From an uncultured Candidatus Saccharibacteria bacterium (GTDB lineage: Bacteria; Patescibacteriota; Minisyncoccia; UBA6257): a DNA stretch of 64,000 nt. The stretch spans positions 160,001 through 224,000 of the forward strand of contig CAYZJA010000002.1 of NCBI GenBank assembly GCA_964479005.1. The letters run 5' to 3'. The position numbers and the translations under genes are program-made. Below the pieces are notes generated by a model that had not been told where the DNA came from, did no database searches, and saw only the letters and a program-made list of their open reading frames with translations. Position 1 is the first letter of the stretch; each line of letters opens with the position of its first letter. Positions 1 to 9,971 of the stretch are shown piece after piece.

Positions 1-2
1 CA

Positions 3-1151
3 ATAAAAACTAATGCTCAGTTATCTGAATGGGCTCAAAGCGTAATAGATGATTATAAAGAGGAATATGAAGAACCACCAGCTGAAGAGACTCCTCCTGA
101 TGAAGAGGAGGCTCCTCCTGTTGCTTCGGGCGAAGGATTACCTGTAGAGGACCCCGTAGAAGGACCACTTGAGGAGGGCAACTACGAATATTATATAGGA
201 TATGTCCCACCTGCACCCCCTGATCCTGACATTACAAATCCACCACCAGGAGGATGGATAGTGACACATATAGAACCAATAAATGAGGAAGAACCCACCC
301 CTACCCCAATTAAACCAGATCCAATTAAACCAGATGATGAGGACGAAGATGAAATTCCACCTCCTCCACCTCCTTCTAATGATATTGACTGGACACCTTC
401 ACTACCTCCTATTCAACCTCCTGTTCAACCCCAACAGGTCTGTCGTTGTGTACTAAGATATTCGCATACTCCTTGCGCTAATACATGCGGAGGTAGTAGC
501 GATACTGGCGGAGGAACACCATCTAGCGGGGGAACACCTTCACCTCCTCCTCCACCACCTAAATATTCTTGTAATCGGTCTTCATGGACATGTTATCAAA
601 ATTCTAGTGGACCATATTCTTCTTTAAGTAGTTGTCAAAGTGCTTGTGTAGAACCACCTTGTATGATTAATTACTTTGAATTTCCAAAAAGAGCATGGGT
701 TGGTTATTCAATAACAGGAAAATGGTCAGCAAGTGATTGGTGTGTGGATTGTGATGTGACATGTAGCCCTTATCCAGAATGTGTTTGGAAAGAAAATAAC
801 ATTGGTATTGGATCTGATGAACATAAATTCACACTTGAACAATCAGGGGCCTATACCTATACTCTTACATGTTATAAACAAGGAGGTAGAGATCAAAAAC
901 AAGTAACTGTTAATCTTGAAGCTCTCAATCTCCCATGGTGGAGAGAAATCATTCCTGTGTTACGCGGATCATTATTTTCATTTGTAGATGCTGCTTGTGA
1001 ACCTACTCCACCTCCTCCACCTCCTCCACCTCCACCATCATTTAAACCTAAACCTCCTTCTGTGCCAGGCACACCTAAACCTCCTTCTTCACCATCATAT
1101 GAACCTCCTCCTACACCACAATATAGATGTTGGCAATGGGCGTGTCGGTAG
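3..1151 (+). CDS. Proline-rich, cysteine-containing putative secreted/surface protein. It is 5'-partial: the reading frame is open from the window edge.
   Basis: The frame is open from nt 3, so the listed start at 261 is probably internal. It has long PPPP tracts, a Cys-rich central part (CRC, CANTCGG, CQSAC) and a poly-Pro C-terminal tail. No recognisable enzymatic motifs. Confidence 0.5.
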   Translation: MKTNAQLSEWAQSVIDDYKEEYEEPPAEETPPDEEEAPPVASGEGLPVEDPVEGPLEEGNYEYYIGYVPPAPPDPDITNPPPGGWIVTHIEPINEEEPTPTPIKPDPIKPDDEDEDEIPPPPPPSNDIDWTPSLPPIQPPVQPQQVCRCVLRYSHTPCANTCGGSSDTGGGTPSSGGTPSPPPPPPKYSCNRSSWTCYQNSSGPYSSLSSCQSACVEPPCMINYFEFPKRAWVGYSITGKWSASDWCVDCDVTCSPYPECVWKENNIGIGSDEHKFTLEQSGAYTYTLTCYKQGGRDQKQVTVNLEALNLPWWREIIPVLRGSLFSFVDAACEPTPPPPPPPPPPSFKPKPPSVPGTPKPPSSPSYEPPPTPQYRCWQWACR

Positions 1152-1285
1152 TATACGGACACTTCTTTGAAGTTCTCAATCTTCCATGGTGGAGAGAAAT
1201 CATTCCTATCTTGCCAGGATTCTTAAGGGGAATCTGGAGATAGAAATACATTGAAACTCATAGAATTCGTTGATATATTAAAAAA

Positions 1286-1312
1286 TACGGAGGTTAGACC
1301 TCCGTATTTTTT
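1286..1312 (+). terminator. Rho-independent terminator after the Pro-rich protein gene.
   Basis: Perfect 9-bp stem tacggaggt / acctccgta with a 3-nt loop, followed by tttttt. Confidence 0.7.
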
Positions 1313-1332
1313 AATTATGTTATACTATTTTT

Positions 1333-1935
1333 ATGAAAAGTATTGATGTTTTTGCTTTTATATTTATTTTTGTTATTTCTTGGTTTATTTTTGGTAGGCT
1401 TAGTTTATTTTCTAATATTTTTATTCAATGGGGCATCGGAGCAATCCCTTTATTGTGCTTGATCTTTTATCCAATTTTTATTACCTTAAAAAAGAAAAAA
1501 AATCTTTCAGAAATAGGATTTACTCTAAAGAATTGGCCATTAGCAATTGGTTGGGGAATAGGTATTGGTTTAATAATAGTAATTTTAGATCTATGGTTTT
1601 TTCGAGATAAACCATTGGCTGTTTTTAATAGCTTGGTTTTTGGGATGGCATATTGGGCCTTTTTAGCGTTTTCTCAAGAGATTTTTTTTAGAGGATATCT
1701 TCAGAAGAATTTAGAAAAAGTATATGGTAATTTTTTAGGGTTAATCCTTGCTTCTTTTCTTTTTTCTTTATGGCATATTACTGTTCGTTTTTATCCGGGA
1801 TGGGTGACACCCATTTCATTGTTAAAGGTATTTTCGGTTGGTTTACTTTGGGGTTTATCTTTTCAGAAAACAAGAAGCCTGATTGCTCCTTGTTTATCTC
1901 ATTTTTTGGTTGGAATCTTTCTTAGTAGTTATTAA
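1333..1935 (+). CDS. CPBP family (CAAX/Abi-like) intramembrane metalloprotease.
   Basis: Polytopic membrane protein with motif EEIFFRG (EExxxR), FxxxH (FLFSLWH) and a third His motif (SHFLVG). Confidence 0.7.
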   Translation: MKSIDVFAFIFIFVISWFIFGRLSLFSNIFIQWGIGAIPLLCLIFYPIFITLKKKKNLSEIGFTLKNWPLAIGWGIGIGLIIVILDLWFFRDKPLAVFNSLVFGMAYWAFLAFSQEIFFRGYLQKNLEKVYGNFLGLILASFLFSLWHITVRFYPGWVTPISLLKVFSVGLLWGLSFQKTRSLIAPCLSHFLVGIFLSSY

Positions 1936-2704
1936 CAAACTTTCTTCTGGAATTAATTTTGGAGAGAATTAAAAGGCTTATAGTAATAATGATTAAAGCG
2001 GTTAATTGAGCATGAGTAAATGTGAAATACCATATTTTTTCTTGATAAATAAAATCTCTATGATAACGAAAATACTCTGTTATAAATCTGGCGAGAGAAT
2101 GAAAAATGGTTCCTATAAAAAACAAGGAACCATTTTTTAATTTTATTTTTTTGGAGTAGAAATATAATAATAAAAAAATTAAAAAATACGAGAAAGCTTC
2201 ATAAAGCTGAGTTGGATGTCGCAATAAATTATCTCCTAAACTTGGAAATTTTATTGCCCAAGGAACATTTGTGGTAATGCCATAGCAACATCCATTCAAA
2301 AAACAGCCGATTCGTCCAATAGAATGCCCTATAAGAATTCCCAAAATATAAGAATCACACCACTTTCCCAAATTTTTTTTATTATTTTTTAATACTAAGA
2401 AGAAAGTTATTAAAAAAGCTACGATGAATCCTCCTTGCCAGCTGAATCCATCTTTCCAGAATTGAAATATTTTCAATAAATCTTTTTGGTAAGAATTGAA
2501 ATTTAAGAGAACATAACCAAGCCGAGAACCAATAAACGCGCTAATAATTGTAATAAGGATTAGATTTCTGGCTTTATGCGGATTTAAATTTTTACTCCTT
2601 GTTTCTAAATAAACAATAATTCCGCCTATAATAAATCCTAAAATCATAAAAACCCAGTACGATTCTATTGAAAAATTACCGACTCTAAATAAAATAGGAT
2701 ACAT
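1922..2704 (-). CDS. lgt: Prolipoprotein diacylglyceryl transferase.
   Basis: Multi-TM protein carrying the Lgt signature H-P-T-Q-L-Y-E (RHPTQLYEAF) and glycine-rich N-terminal helices. Confidence 0.8.
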   Translation of the reverse strand: MYPILFRVGNFSIESYWVFMILGFIIGGIIVYLETRSKNLNPHKARNLILITIISAFIGSRLGYVLLNFNSYQKDLLKIFQFWKDGFSWQGGFIVAFLITFFLVLKNNKKNLGKWCDSYILGILIGHSIGRIGCFLNGCCYGITTNVPWAIKFPSLGDNLLRHPTQLYEAFSYFLIFLLLYFYSKKIKLKNGSLFFIGTIFHSLARFITEYFRYHRDFIYQEKIWYFTFTHAQLTALIIITISLLILSKINSRRKFVNNY

Positions 2705-2726
2705 AATTATTTAATTATTTGATATG

Positions 2727-2810
2727 TGCCTGGGGTGGGACTCGAACCCACATGACCCAAAGGCCACAGCATTTTGAGTACTGCGCGTAAACCAATTCCG
2801 CCACCCAGGC
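2727..2810 (-). tRNA. tRNA-Leu (anticodon CAA).
   Basis: Reverse complement gives GCCTGGG..CCCAGGC acceptor stem, anticodon loop CTCAAAA (CAA), a long variable arm, and T-loop GTTCGAGTC. No encoded CCA. Confidence 0.8.
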
Positions 2811-2893
2811 ATAAAATCAGTATACATTATTTGATGCATAAAATTCAAGGGCAGAAGTTTATTAAATACCTCAACTTTGATATAATAATACTA

Positions 2894-3664
2894 ATGGCAG
2901 AAATTATTGCGATTTGTAATCAAAAAGGGGGAGTAGGAAAAACTACCACAGCCATGAATTTGGGCGCTTATCTGTCCGCTCTTGGAAAAAAGACATTGGT
3001 GGTTGATTTTGATGCTCAAGCCAATGCTACTTCTGGTTTAGGTTTTGATTATAAAAAATTACAAAAAACAGTTTATAACAATTTGATTTCTGATTATTCT
3101 CCAAAAGAAACAATTTATAAGACATCAATTTTTGGTTTGAATATTCTTCCTGCTTCGCCAGATCTGATTGGCGCTCAAGTGGAATTAAATCGTTTTACAA
3201 ACAAGGAATTCAGATTATATCAAATTCTTTCTTCAATAAAGGAATATTACGATTATATTTTAATAGACTTACCTCCCTCATTAGGCGTGCTGACAATTAA
3301 TGGTTTAGTAGCTGCTGATCAAGTTTTAATTCCATTACAAACAGAATATTATGCTTTGGAAGGATTATCTCAGCTTATCACAACAATTGATTTGATAAGG
3401 AGAAACTTAGAAAAAGATTTAAAAATATTAGGCGCAGTTTTGACTTTATATGATAGAAGGAATAAATTAGATAGAATGGTTCTTAAACATATTAGAAGAA
3501 ATTTTCCAGGATATGTTTTTGATACAATAATTCCAAGGAATGTTAGTTTGGCTGAAGCTCCAAGCTTTGGACAATCTATTCTTCAATATAATCCTAATTC
3601 TGAAGGAGCCAGAGCTTATAAGCAATTAGCCCAAGAACTAATTAAAAAACTTGAACATTTTTAA
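2894..3664 (+). CDS. parA: Chromosome partitioning ATPase ParA/Soj.
   Basis: Deviant Walker A KGGVGKTT directly after MAEIIAICNQ. The ORF-track start at 2774 runs across the tRNA-Leu gene; 2894 is the likely true start. Confidence 0.85.
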   Translation: MAEIIAICNQKGGVGKTTTAMNLGAYLSALGKKTLVVDFDAQANATSGLGFDYKKLQKTVYNNLISDYSPKETIYKTSIFGLNILPASPDLIGAQVELNRFTNKEFRLYQILSSIKEYYDYILIDLPPSLGVLTINGLVAADQVLIPLQTEYYALEGLSQLITTIDLIRRNLEKDLKILGAVLTLYDRRNKLDRMVLKHIRRNFPGYVFDTIIPRNVSLAEAPSFGQSILQYNPNSEGARAYKQLAQELIKKLEHF

Positions 3665-3670
3665 TAAACT

Positions 3671-4795
3671 ATGGATGAACAAAACTCTTTAGGGCAAGGC
3701 ATTAACGCTTTAATTCCTCCTAAAAATAACCAGCCGCAATATCCATTGACTGATAATATTGATATTGTGGAGCCAAGCGAGGGCGCTTTGGAAGAAAAGA
3801 TTAGCGAGAAGATAAAAAAAGACTTTCAAGAGGATTTTCAACAAACGCATACAAAAGAAGATACAATACCAGACAATAGATTAGGTTTGCAGGAAACAAT
3901 ACCTGAGATAGTTCAAGACAAGCCTATTCTTGAAGATAAACCTGTTTTGTCTTCTTATCTTTTGGAAGATAAAGTTTTCTATATTGAAGTGGATAAAATT
4001 AAGCCTAATCCCCAACAACCACGAAAGGTTTTCCCTGATGAAACAATAAAAGAATTAGCTGATTCTATTCGGGAGCATGGTATTTTAGAGCCTTTAATAG
4101 TTATCAGAGAAGAAAAAGAGACAGAACATGGCGCAGATGTTGAGTATCAATTAATTTCAGGAGAGAGAAGATTATTAGCTTCAAAAATGTTGGGATTACC
4201 AACAGTTCCGGTAATTATTAGGAAACCGATGGAAGAACGAAAAAAACTGGAATTATCTTTAATAGAAAATATTCAGCGTGAAGATTTAACTCCAATATCT
4301 AAAGCTAAAGCATTTGCGCGGTTAATCAAAGAATTTGGTCTTACTCAACAGGATTTGGCAGGAAGGATTGGAAAGAGTAGAGAAGTAATTGCGAATACTT
4401 TGCGTTTACTACAATTATCCTATGAAGCTCAAAATGCGTTAGAGCAGGGGAAAATTAATGAAGGTCATGCCCGAGCGATTCTTCTTTTTAGTAATCCTGA
4501 AAAGAGAAGGTTATTTTTACAGGAGATTTTGTCAAAGAGTCTTTCTGGGAGGGAATCTTTAGAATTAGCACAGCACTATTTACAAAATAATCTTAGTAAT
4601 AATAAAAAAGAAACATTGTCTAGAAGGCGAAATGTTTCTTTGGATCCAGAGGACCTGGAAGTAAAAGAAAAATTGGAAGATTTTTTACAAACCCCAGTTT
4701 TAATCAAGAAAAAAGGCGGACAAGGCGCGATTGAAATCAAGTTTTTCTCACAAGAAGATTTAAGTAAAATTTTAAATAGAATCTTTCCCCTTTAG
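3671..4795 (+). CDS. parB: Chromosome partitioning protein ParB/Spo0J, with a ~100-aa acidic N-terminal extension.
   Basis: ParB box GERRLLASKMLGL, a KPNPQQPRK motif, and an HTH region. It lies immediately downstream of parA. Confidence 0.85.
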   Translation: MDEQNSLGQGINALIPPKNNQPQYPLTDNIDIVEPSEGALEEKISEKIKKDFQEDFQQTHTKEDTIPDNRLGLQETIPEIVQDKPILEDKPVLSSYLLEDKVFYIEVDKIKPNPQQPRKVFPDETIKELADSIREHGILEPLIVIREEKETEHGADVEYQLISGERRLLASKMLGLPTVPVIIRKPMEERKKLELSLIENIQREDLTPISKAKAFARLIKEFGLTQQDLAGRIGKSREVIANTLRLLQLSYEAQNALEQGKINEGHARAILLFSNPEKRRLFLQEILSKSLSGRESLELAQHYLQNNLSNNKKETLSRRRNVSLDPEDLEVKEKLEDFLQTPVLIKKKGGQGAIEIKFFSQEDLSKILNRIFPL

Positions 4796-6238
4796 CGCGT
4801 CTTGAATTTTCTTTCGGGTTTCACTCATTTTAACAAATTCTAACCATGAGGAAGATGGTAACTTTCTTTTTTTAGTTATTATTTCTATTACTTCTCCTGA
4901 TTGTAATTTATAATCTAATGACACCAATTTGTCGTTAACCTTAGCTCCAGCAGCTTGATTGCCCACATCTGTATGGATTTGATAGGCAAAATCAATAGTG
5001 GTAGCTCCATCAGGAAGATCAATAATATCTCCTTTAGGCGTTAAGACAAAGATTCTGTCTTTGAAAAAATCAACTTTTAAAGAATTTAGAAATTCTTCGG
5101 AACTATAAAATTTCTTTTGCCACTCTCTCAACTGATTTATCCAATAGAAGTTTTTAGGAGGATTGAATTTTTTCCTTTTTTTATATTTTTTATCATCTTT
5201 CTGAGATCCATAAATCCAATGTGCAGCAATACCCCACTCTGCTTCTTCATCCATTTGCGGCGTTCTAATTTGGATTTCTACTATTTTTCCGTTTTTTGCA
5301 AAAACAGTAGTGTGAAGGCTTTGGTATCCATTAGGCTTTGGAAGAGCAATATAATCTTTAAAACGGCCTGGAACAGGTTTCCACATTTGATGAATAATCC
5401 CTAAAGCGCCATAGCATCCTTCTAAATTAGGCATAATAATTCTCATTGCCACCAAATCATAGATTCTTTTAATGTCCATATCTTCTTTTTGCAGTTTGCG
5501 CCAGATACTATATAGGTGCTTAGTTCGGAATTGTATTTTTTCAGGATTTAAATTATTTTCTTTTAGTTCTTTTTGCACCAAGGGAACTAATTCTTGAAGA
5601 TAATTTTTTAATTCCTCACTTCTTTTTCCTATTATTTTTTTGGTTAACTTATATTCTTCTTCATATACATATGGAAAAGCCAAATCTTCTAATTGAGCCC
5701 CAATATCTGACATTCCCAAACGGTAAGCTAATGGGGCAAGAATTTCCAAAGTTTCTAATGATTTTTTTCTTCTCTTTTTTGGTTCCAGTGGCCACAAAGT
5801 TTTCATATTATCCAATCTGTCAGCTAATTTAATAAGAATAATCCTTAAATCTTTTGCCATGGCCAAAATCATATTCCTAAAATTTTCTTTTTCTGTGTCG
5901 TCGTCTTCTTTGTATTTAATTTTATTAACCTTTGTTAATCCGTTAACTAAAAAGAATACTTCGTCATTAAACTGGGATTTAATTTCAGAGAGAGGGATTT
6001 CACAATCCTCAACAACATCATGAAGCACACTGGCAATCACAGCGTTGATACCTAATTTCATCTGGCTAATGGTTAGAGCTACTCGCAAAGGATGATTTAC
6101 AAATGGTTCTCCTGATTTTCTTTTCTGTTCAGAATGTGATTTTTCAGCAAATTCAAAGGCTTTTTCTAATAAATCTATTTCTCTTTCATTTGTAGAATTC
6201 TCAAGATTTTGAATTATTTTCTGCTTTAGGGACTTCAT
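4772..6238 (-). CDS. rel: Bifunctional (p)ppGpp synthetase/hydrolase of the RelA/SpoT family. Short form: HD + synthetase + TGS domains, no ACT/RRM.
   Basis: HD motif HDVVED, synthetase-domain block GYQSLHTTV, and a TGS-domain block TPKGDIIDLPDGATTIDFAYQIH. Confidence 0.8.
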   Translation of the reverse strand: MKSLKQKIIQNLENSTNEREIDLLEKAFEFAEKSHSEQKRKSGEPFVNHPLRVALTISQMKLGINAVIASVLHDVVEDCEIPLSEIKSQFNDEVFFLVNGLTKVNKIKYKEDDDTEKENFRNMILAMAKDLRIILIKLADRLDNMKTLWPLEPKKRRKKSLETLEILAPLAYRLGMSDIGAQLEDLAFPYVYEEEYKLTKKIIGKRSEELKNYLQELVPLVQKELKENNLNPEKIQFRTKHLYSIWRKLQKEDMDIKRIYDLVAMRIIMPNLEGCYGALGIIHQMWKPVPGRFKDYIALPKPNGYQSLHTTVFAKNGKIVEIQIRTPQMDEEAEWGIAAHWIYGSQKDDKKYKKRKKFNPPKNFYWINQLREWQKKFYSSEEFLNSLKVDFFKDRIFVLTPKGDIIDLPDGATTIDFAYQIHTDVGNQAAGAKVNDKLVSLDYKLQSGEVIEIITKKRKLPSSSWLEFVKMSETRKKIQDALKGKDSI

Positions 6239-8330
6239 AATTGCAATTACGATTAGAGCATTTTATTTTAGTTTTTGTTTCCACAAGAGGTTTACTGCAT
6301 TTAGGACAATTTTTCCCTGTAGGTTTATAAGAAGAAGCAAAATCACATTCAGGCCAATGCGAGCATGCATAAAACATTTGTCTTCTTTTATTTCTTTTCA
6401 TTATTATATTTCCAGTTTTACACTGTGGACATTTCATAGAGAATTCATTATTGATAGATTTAGTAAAGGAGCACTTAGGCCAATCAGAGCAGGCAAGAAA
6501 TTTGCCAAATCTTCCCAATTTTAAAACTAGATTATTTCCACACTTTGGGCATTTTTCTTTTGTTTCAACAACTGGCGATAGGTCTTCTTTAGAGACTTCT
6601 ACATATTTTCTTTCTAAGTTATCCTTAAATGGTTTATAAAACTCGCCAACCATATTTACCCAGTCTAATTTTCCTTCGGCAATATCATCTAATTTTTCCT
6701 CAATTTGAGAAGTGAACTTATAATCCACAATATCTGGAAAGTGTTTTACTAAAACATTATTTACCAGAACTCCAATTTCTGTAGGTATAAAAGATTTGCT
6801 TTTGTCTCTCATAACATAACCCCTATATTCTAATACAGATATGATGGGCGTGTAAGTTGAAGGCCGTCCAATGCCAAAACTTTCCAATATTTTTACTAAA
6901 GAAGCGTCATTGTAGCGTGGAGGTGGTTGTGTTAGATGTTCTTTTGGAGTGATTTTTTTAACTTTTAGTTTTTCCTGAGGATTTAAATGCGGTTTTTTTT
7001 GCAGATCTGATGGTTTAGAATAAGGATAAATACGGAAAAATCCATCAAAATCTAAATTGTAAAGATTATTTTTAAACAAATATTTATCTTGTTTGCCTTG
7101 GCATTCAACAGAAATTGAAGTTTTTTCTAAAATCGCAGAAGGCATTTGGCCTGCTAAGAATCTTGCCCAAATAAGAGTGTATAAAGACAATTCGTCTTTT
7201 GTTAAATATTCTTTTATTTTTTCTGGCGTATAAAACGGATCTGTGCAACGAATGGCTTCATGAGCTTCTTGGGCTAAACGGGAACGTTTTTTAAAGATTT
7301 GCGCTTGGGGTAAGGTATATTCTTTTCCTAAGTTTATTTCTAAAAAGTCATGGGCGGCTTTGAGCGCTATTGGAGAAAGATTTGTAGAATCGGTTCTCAT
7401 ATAGGTAATTAACCCCACAGGCCCTTTTCCTAAATTTTTTCCTTCATAAAGCGATTGCGCTAAATACATTGTTTTTTTAGCGGAAAAGTGAAGTAATTGC
7501 CACGAGGATTGTTGTAAAGTGCTTGTAGTAAATGGAGCGGCAGAATGGCGTTTTACTTTTTTTGTTTCTATGTCCAAAACATAAGCATCTCTTTTTTCTA
7601 AATCTTTTTTAATTTTGCGTACTTCTTTTTCTGATTTAATGCCTGGCTTAGGAAGAGGTTTATTGTTAATTTTATGTAAATCAAATTCAAATTCATTATT
7701 GTTTTCTTGTTTTTCTAATATTGCGGAAATACTATAATATTTTTCTTCTTTAAAAGATTCTCTTTCTTTTTCCCTTTCAACAATTAATCTCAAAGCAGGT
7801 GATTGCACTCTGCCGGCAGATAATCCCCTAAATATTTTTTTCCATAAAAACGGTGATAATTCATATCCTACCAAACGGTCTAATATTCTCCTTGTTTGTT
7901 GAGCGTTTACTAAGTCTAAATTAATATTGCGCGGATTTTTAATAGCGTTTTCTATAGCTGGTTTGGTAATTTCATGAAAAGCAATCCTTTCAAATTTTTT
8001 TCCTTCAATCTCAAGGGCTTTGGTTAAGTGAAACGCAATAGCTTCTCCTTCTCTATCTTCATCCGGCGCTAATATTATTTGATCGCTTTTTTTAGCGAGT
8101 TTCTTGAGCTCATTTACTTTTTTTCTTGCTCTTACCGGAATAATATAATGCGGAGCAAAATTATTTTCTATATCAATTCCTAATTTAGATTTAGGAAGAT
8201 CACGAATATGCCCATAACAAGCAACAACTTTATAACCCTTTCCCAAGAAATGGGAAATATTTTTTGCTTTTGTGGGTGATTCAACAATAACCAGTTTCAT
8301 ATTATTTGTTTTTAATGTAGTTTCCTCCAT
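6201..8330 (-). CDS. topA: DNA topoisomerase I.
   Basis: N-terminal Toprim domain (LVIVESPTKAK, DEDREGE), topoisomerase IA core, and C-terminal Cys4 zinc ribbons (CPKCG, CPQC, CSNRNC). Confidence 0.9.
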   Translation of the reverse strand: MEETTLKTNNMKLVIVESPTKAKNISHFLGKGYKVVACYGHIRDLPKSKLGIDIENNFAPHYIIPVRARKKVNELKKLAKKSDQIILAPDEDREGEAIAFHLTKALEIEGKKFERIAFHEITKPAIENAIKNPRNINLDLVNAQQTRRILDRLVGYELSPFLWKKIFRGLSAGRVQSPALRLIVEREKERESFKEEKYYSISAILEKQENNNEFEFDLHKINNKPLPKPGIKSEKEVRKIKKDLEKRDAYVLDIETKKVKRHSAAPFTTSTLQQSSWQLLHFSAKKTMYLAQSLYEGKNLGKGPVGLITYMRTDSTNLSPIALKAAHDFLEINLGKEYTLPQAQIFKKRSRLAQEAHEAIRCTDPFYTPEKIKEYLTKDELSLYTLIWARFLAGQMPSAILEKTSISVECQGKQDKYLFKNNLYNLDFDGFFRIYPYSKPSDLQKKPHLNPQEKLKVKKITPKEHLTQPPPRYNDASLVKILESFGIGRPSTYTPIISVLEYRGYVMRDKSKSFIPTEIGVLVNNVLVKHFPDIVDYKFTSQIEEKLDDIAEGKLDWVNMVGEFYKPFKDNLERKYVEVSKEDLSPVVETKEKCPKCGNNLVLKLGRFGKFLACSDWPKCSFTKSINNEFSMKCPQCKTGNIIMKRNKRRQMFYACSHWPECDFASSYKPTGKNCPKCSKPLVETKTKIKCSNRNCNYEVPKAENNSKS

Positions 8331-9351
8331 CTGTATTTTTAATAAACTCTTTTAATTCTAAAGTAGTGAGAATAACAAGAGTCTCTTTAGGGGAAAGATT
8401 AGAGATTTCTATAATTTTGTCAATAGCAAGAGAATTTTCCTTAGGCAGAAGTTGGTAAATTTTTTCTTCTTGTTTATTGTCAAATTTTAAGCTTGGAGAG
8501 TCTTTTATTATTGGTAAAGTATATTGAATATTTAATTCTTCAAAAATATCTTCAATTTGGGAAACTAACTTTGCCCCTTGCTTAATCAAATTATTGGTTC
8601 CAATAGAGTTCTTATTGAATATTGAGCCGGGAATAGCAAAAACCTCTCTGTTTTGTTCTAATGCAAATTGCGCAGTGATTAAAGCACCGCTTTTCTCCGG
8701 AGCCTCTATTACCACAGTAGCCAAAGAAAGACCGCTGATTATTCTATTGCGCCAAGGAAAGTAACGCCTTAAAGCAGGAGCTTCTAAAGGATATTCAGTA
8801 ATTATCGCGCCATGTTTGGCTATTTCTTTGGATAATCTTTTATTGCTATAAGGATAGATATTGTTTAATCCTGATCCTAAAACAGCGATTGTTTTTCCTT
8901 GGTTTTCTAAAGCAGATTTATGGGCTATAGTATCAACGCCATAAGCTAGACCGCTTACGATAATAAAATTATGACGCGTTAATTCTTGTACTAATTTTTC
9001 TGTAACCAATTTTCCGTACGCGCTTATTTTTCTTGTTCCAACAATGGCTATACGCGGCGCTTCTTCAGGAATTTCTCCTTTAATATAAAAAGATGAAGGA
9101 GAATAAGATATTTCTTTTAATAAGTCCGGATATTTATTATCCGAAGAAATAATAAAACCAATCTTTTGTTCTTCTATTTCTTGCCATTCTTTATAAGGAT
9201 CAATATCTTCTTTTTGGCTAACGCTTAATTTTTCCCAAGCGCTTTTAAAAGTTTGGCTGGAAGATAAAAGAGGAAATAACTTAAGGAAGTTATTTTTAAA
9301 AGCTACGTTAAGGGCATTCAAATAAATCTTTTCTTCATGGTGGGGCATCAT
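8302..9351 (-). CDS. dprA: DNA processing protein DprA (Smf).
   Basis: Rossmann-like DprA core: IAIVGTRKIS..GK..SGLAYGVDTIAH..AVLGSGL. It overlaps topA, giving the conserved dprA-topA linkage. Confidence 0.85.
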   Translation of the reverse strand: MMPHHEEKIYLNALNVAFKNNFLKLFPLLSSSQTFKSAWEKLSVSQKEDIDPYKEWQEIEEQKIGFIISSDNKYPDLLKEISYSPSSFYIKGEIPEEAPRIAIVGTRKISAYGKLVTEKLVQELTRHNFIIVSGLAYGVDTIAHKSALENQGKTIAVLGSGLNNIYPYSNKRLSKEIAKHGAIITEYPLEAPALRRYFPWRNRIISGLSLATVVIEAPEKSGALITAQFALEQNREVFAIPGSIFNKNSIGTNNLIKQGAKLVSQIEDIFEELNIQYTLPIIKDSPSLKFDNKQEEKIYQLLPKENSLAIDKIIEISNLSPKETLVILTTLELKEFIKNTDGGNYIKNK

Positions 9352-9427
9352 ATATAAATTATATCACAGCATTATTATTCTGTCATTTTTATTGTTTTTT
9401 CCTTAATGTTGAGATATACTAAATCTA

Positions 9428-9961
9428 ATGGGAGATTTCAAAAAGAGATTAATTTTAATTCTAAGCATTTCCCTATCTATCATTTTAGTCCTTGGTGGAT
9501 TATTTTATTATTTTTACGATGATGTTTCGAAAAGAGTAGTAAAGATTAATTCCTACAGGCAGGAACTTGCTTCCCGAGCGTCAATTCTAAACAGGATTTA
9601 TGTATTAGAACAAGAACATACAAAATCCTTGCCGTATTTTGGAAAATTGACAGAAGCTTTGCCAACTGAAACAGAAATGGTTAACCTAGAAGAAGTTTTG
9701 AAAAATTTAGCCAGTCAAAATGATCTAAATTTAAGCTTTCGATTCGGACTGTTAAACGAAGCAACTGAACAAGAGCCAAAGAGTTATAGTTTCAATTTAA
9801 TTCTTACAGGAGAGAAAAACAATGTTTTAAAATGGATGGATGGTTTGCAGAAATTAAATTATACAATTCGCGTGGACCAAATAGAATTAAGCCAAACCAG
9901 TTCTGGCGGAGGCAAATTTTATTATAGTGTAAAAATTTTAGGAAGAGTTTATCTTCGTTGA
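9428..9961 (+). CDS. Hypothetical membrane-anchored protein, possibly PilO-like.
   Basis: N-terminal TM helix, a predicted coiled-coil, and a C-terminal globular part. The PilO resemblance is weak. Confidence 0.35.
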   Translation: MGDFKKRLILILSISLSIILVLGGLFYYFYDDVSKRVVKINSYRQELASRASILNRIYVLEQEHTKSLPYFGKLTEALPTETEMVNLEEVLKNLASQNDLNLSFRFGLLNEATEQEPKSYSFNLILTGEKNNVLKWMDGLQKLNYTIRVDQIELSQTSSGGGKFYYSVKILGRVYLR

Positions 9962-9971
9962 GAATCTAAAT

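Noticed and set aside
893-1170. Overlapping ORFs 893-1162 (-) and 988-1170 (+).
   Set aside because: These are alternate-frame translations of the poly-proline/His low-complexity DNA of the Pro-rich gene.
2774-2893. N-terminal extension of the parA ORF as listed in the ORF track.
   Set aside because: The extension runs across the tRNA-Leu(CAA) gene. The ParA Walker A follows the internal Met at 2894.
5117-5404. 95-aa plus-strand ORF inside rel.
   Set aside because: It is antisense to the well-supported rel CDS and has a low-complexity, Phe-rich composition.
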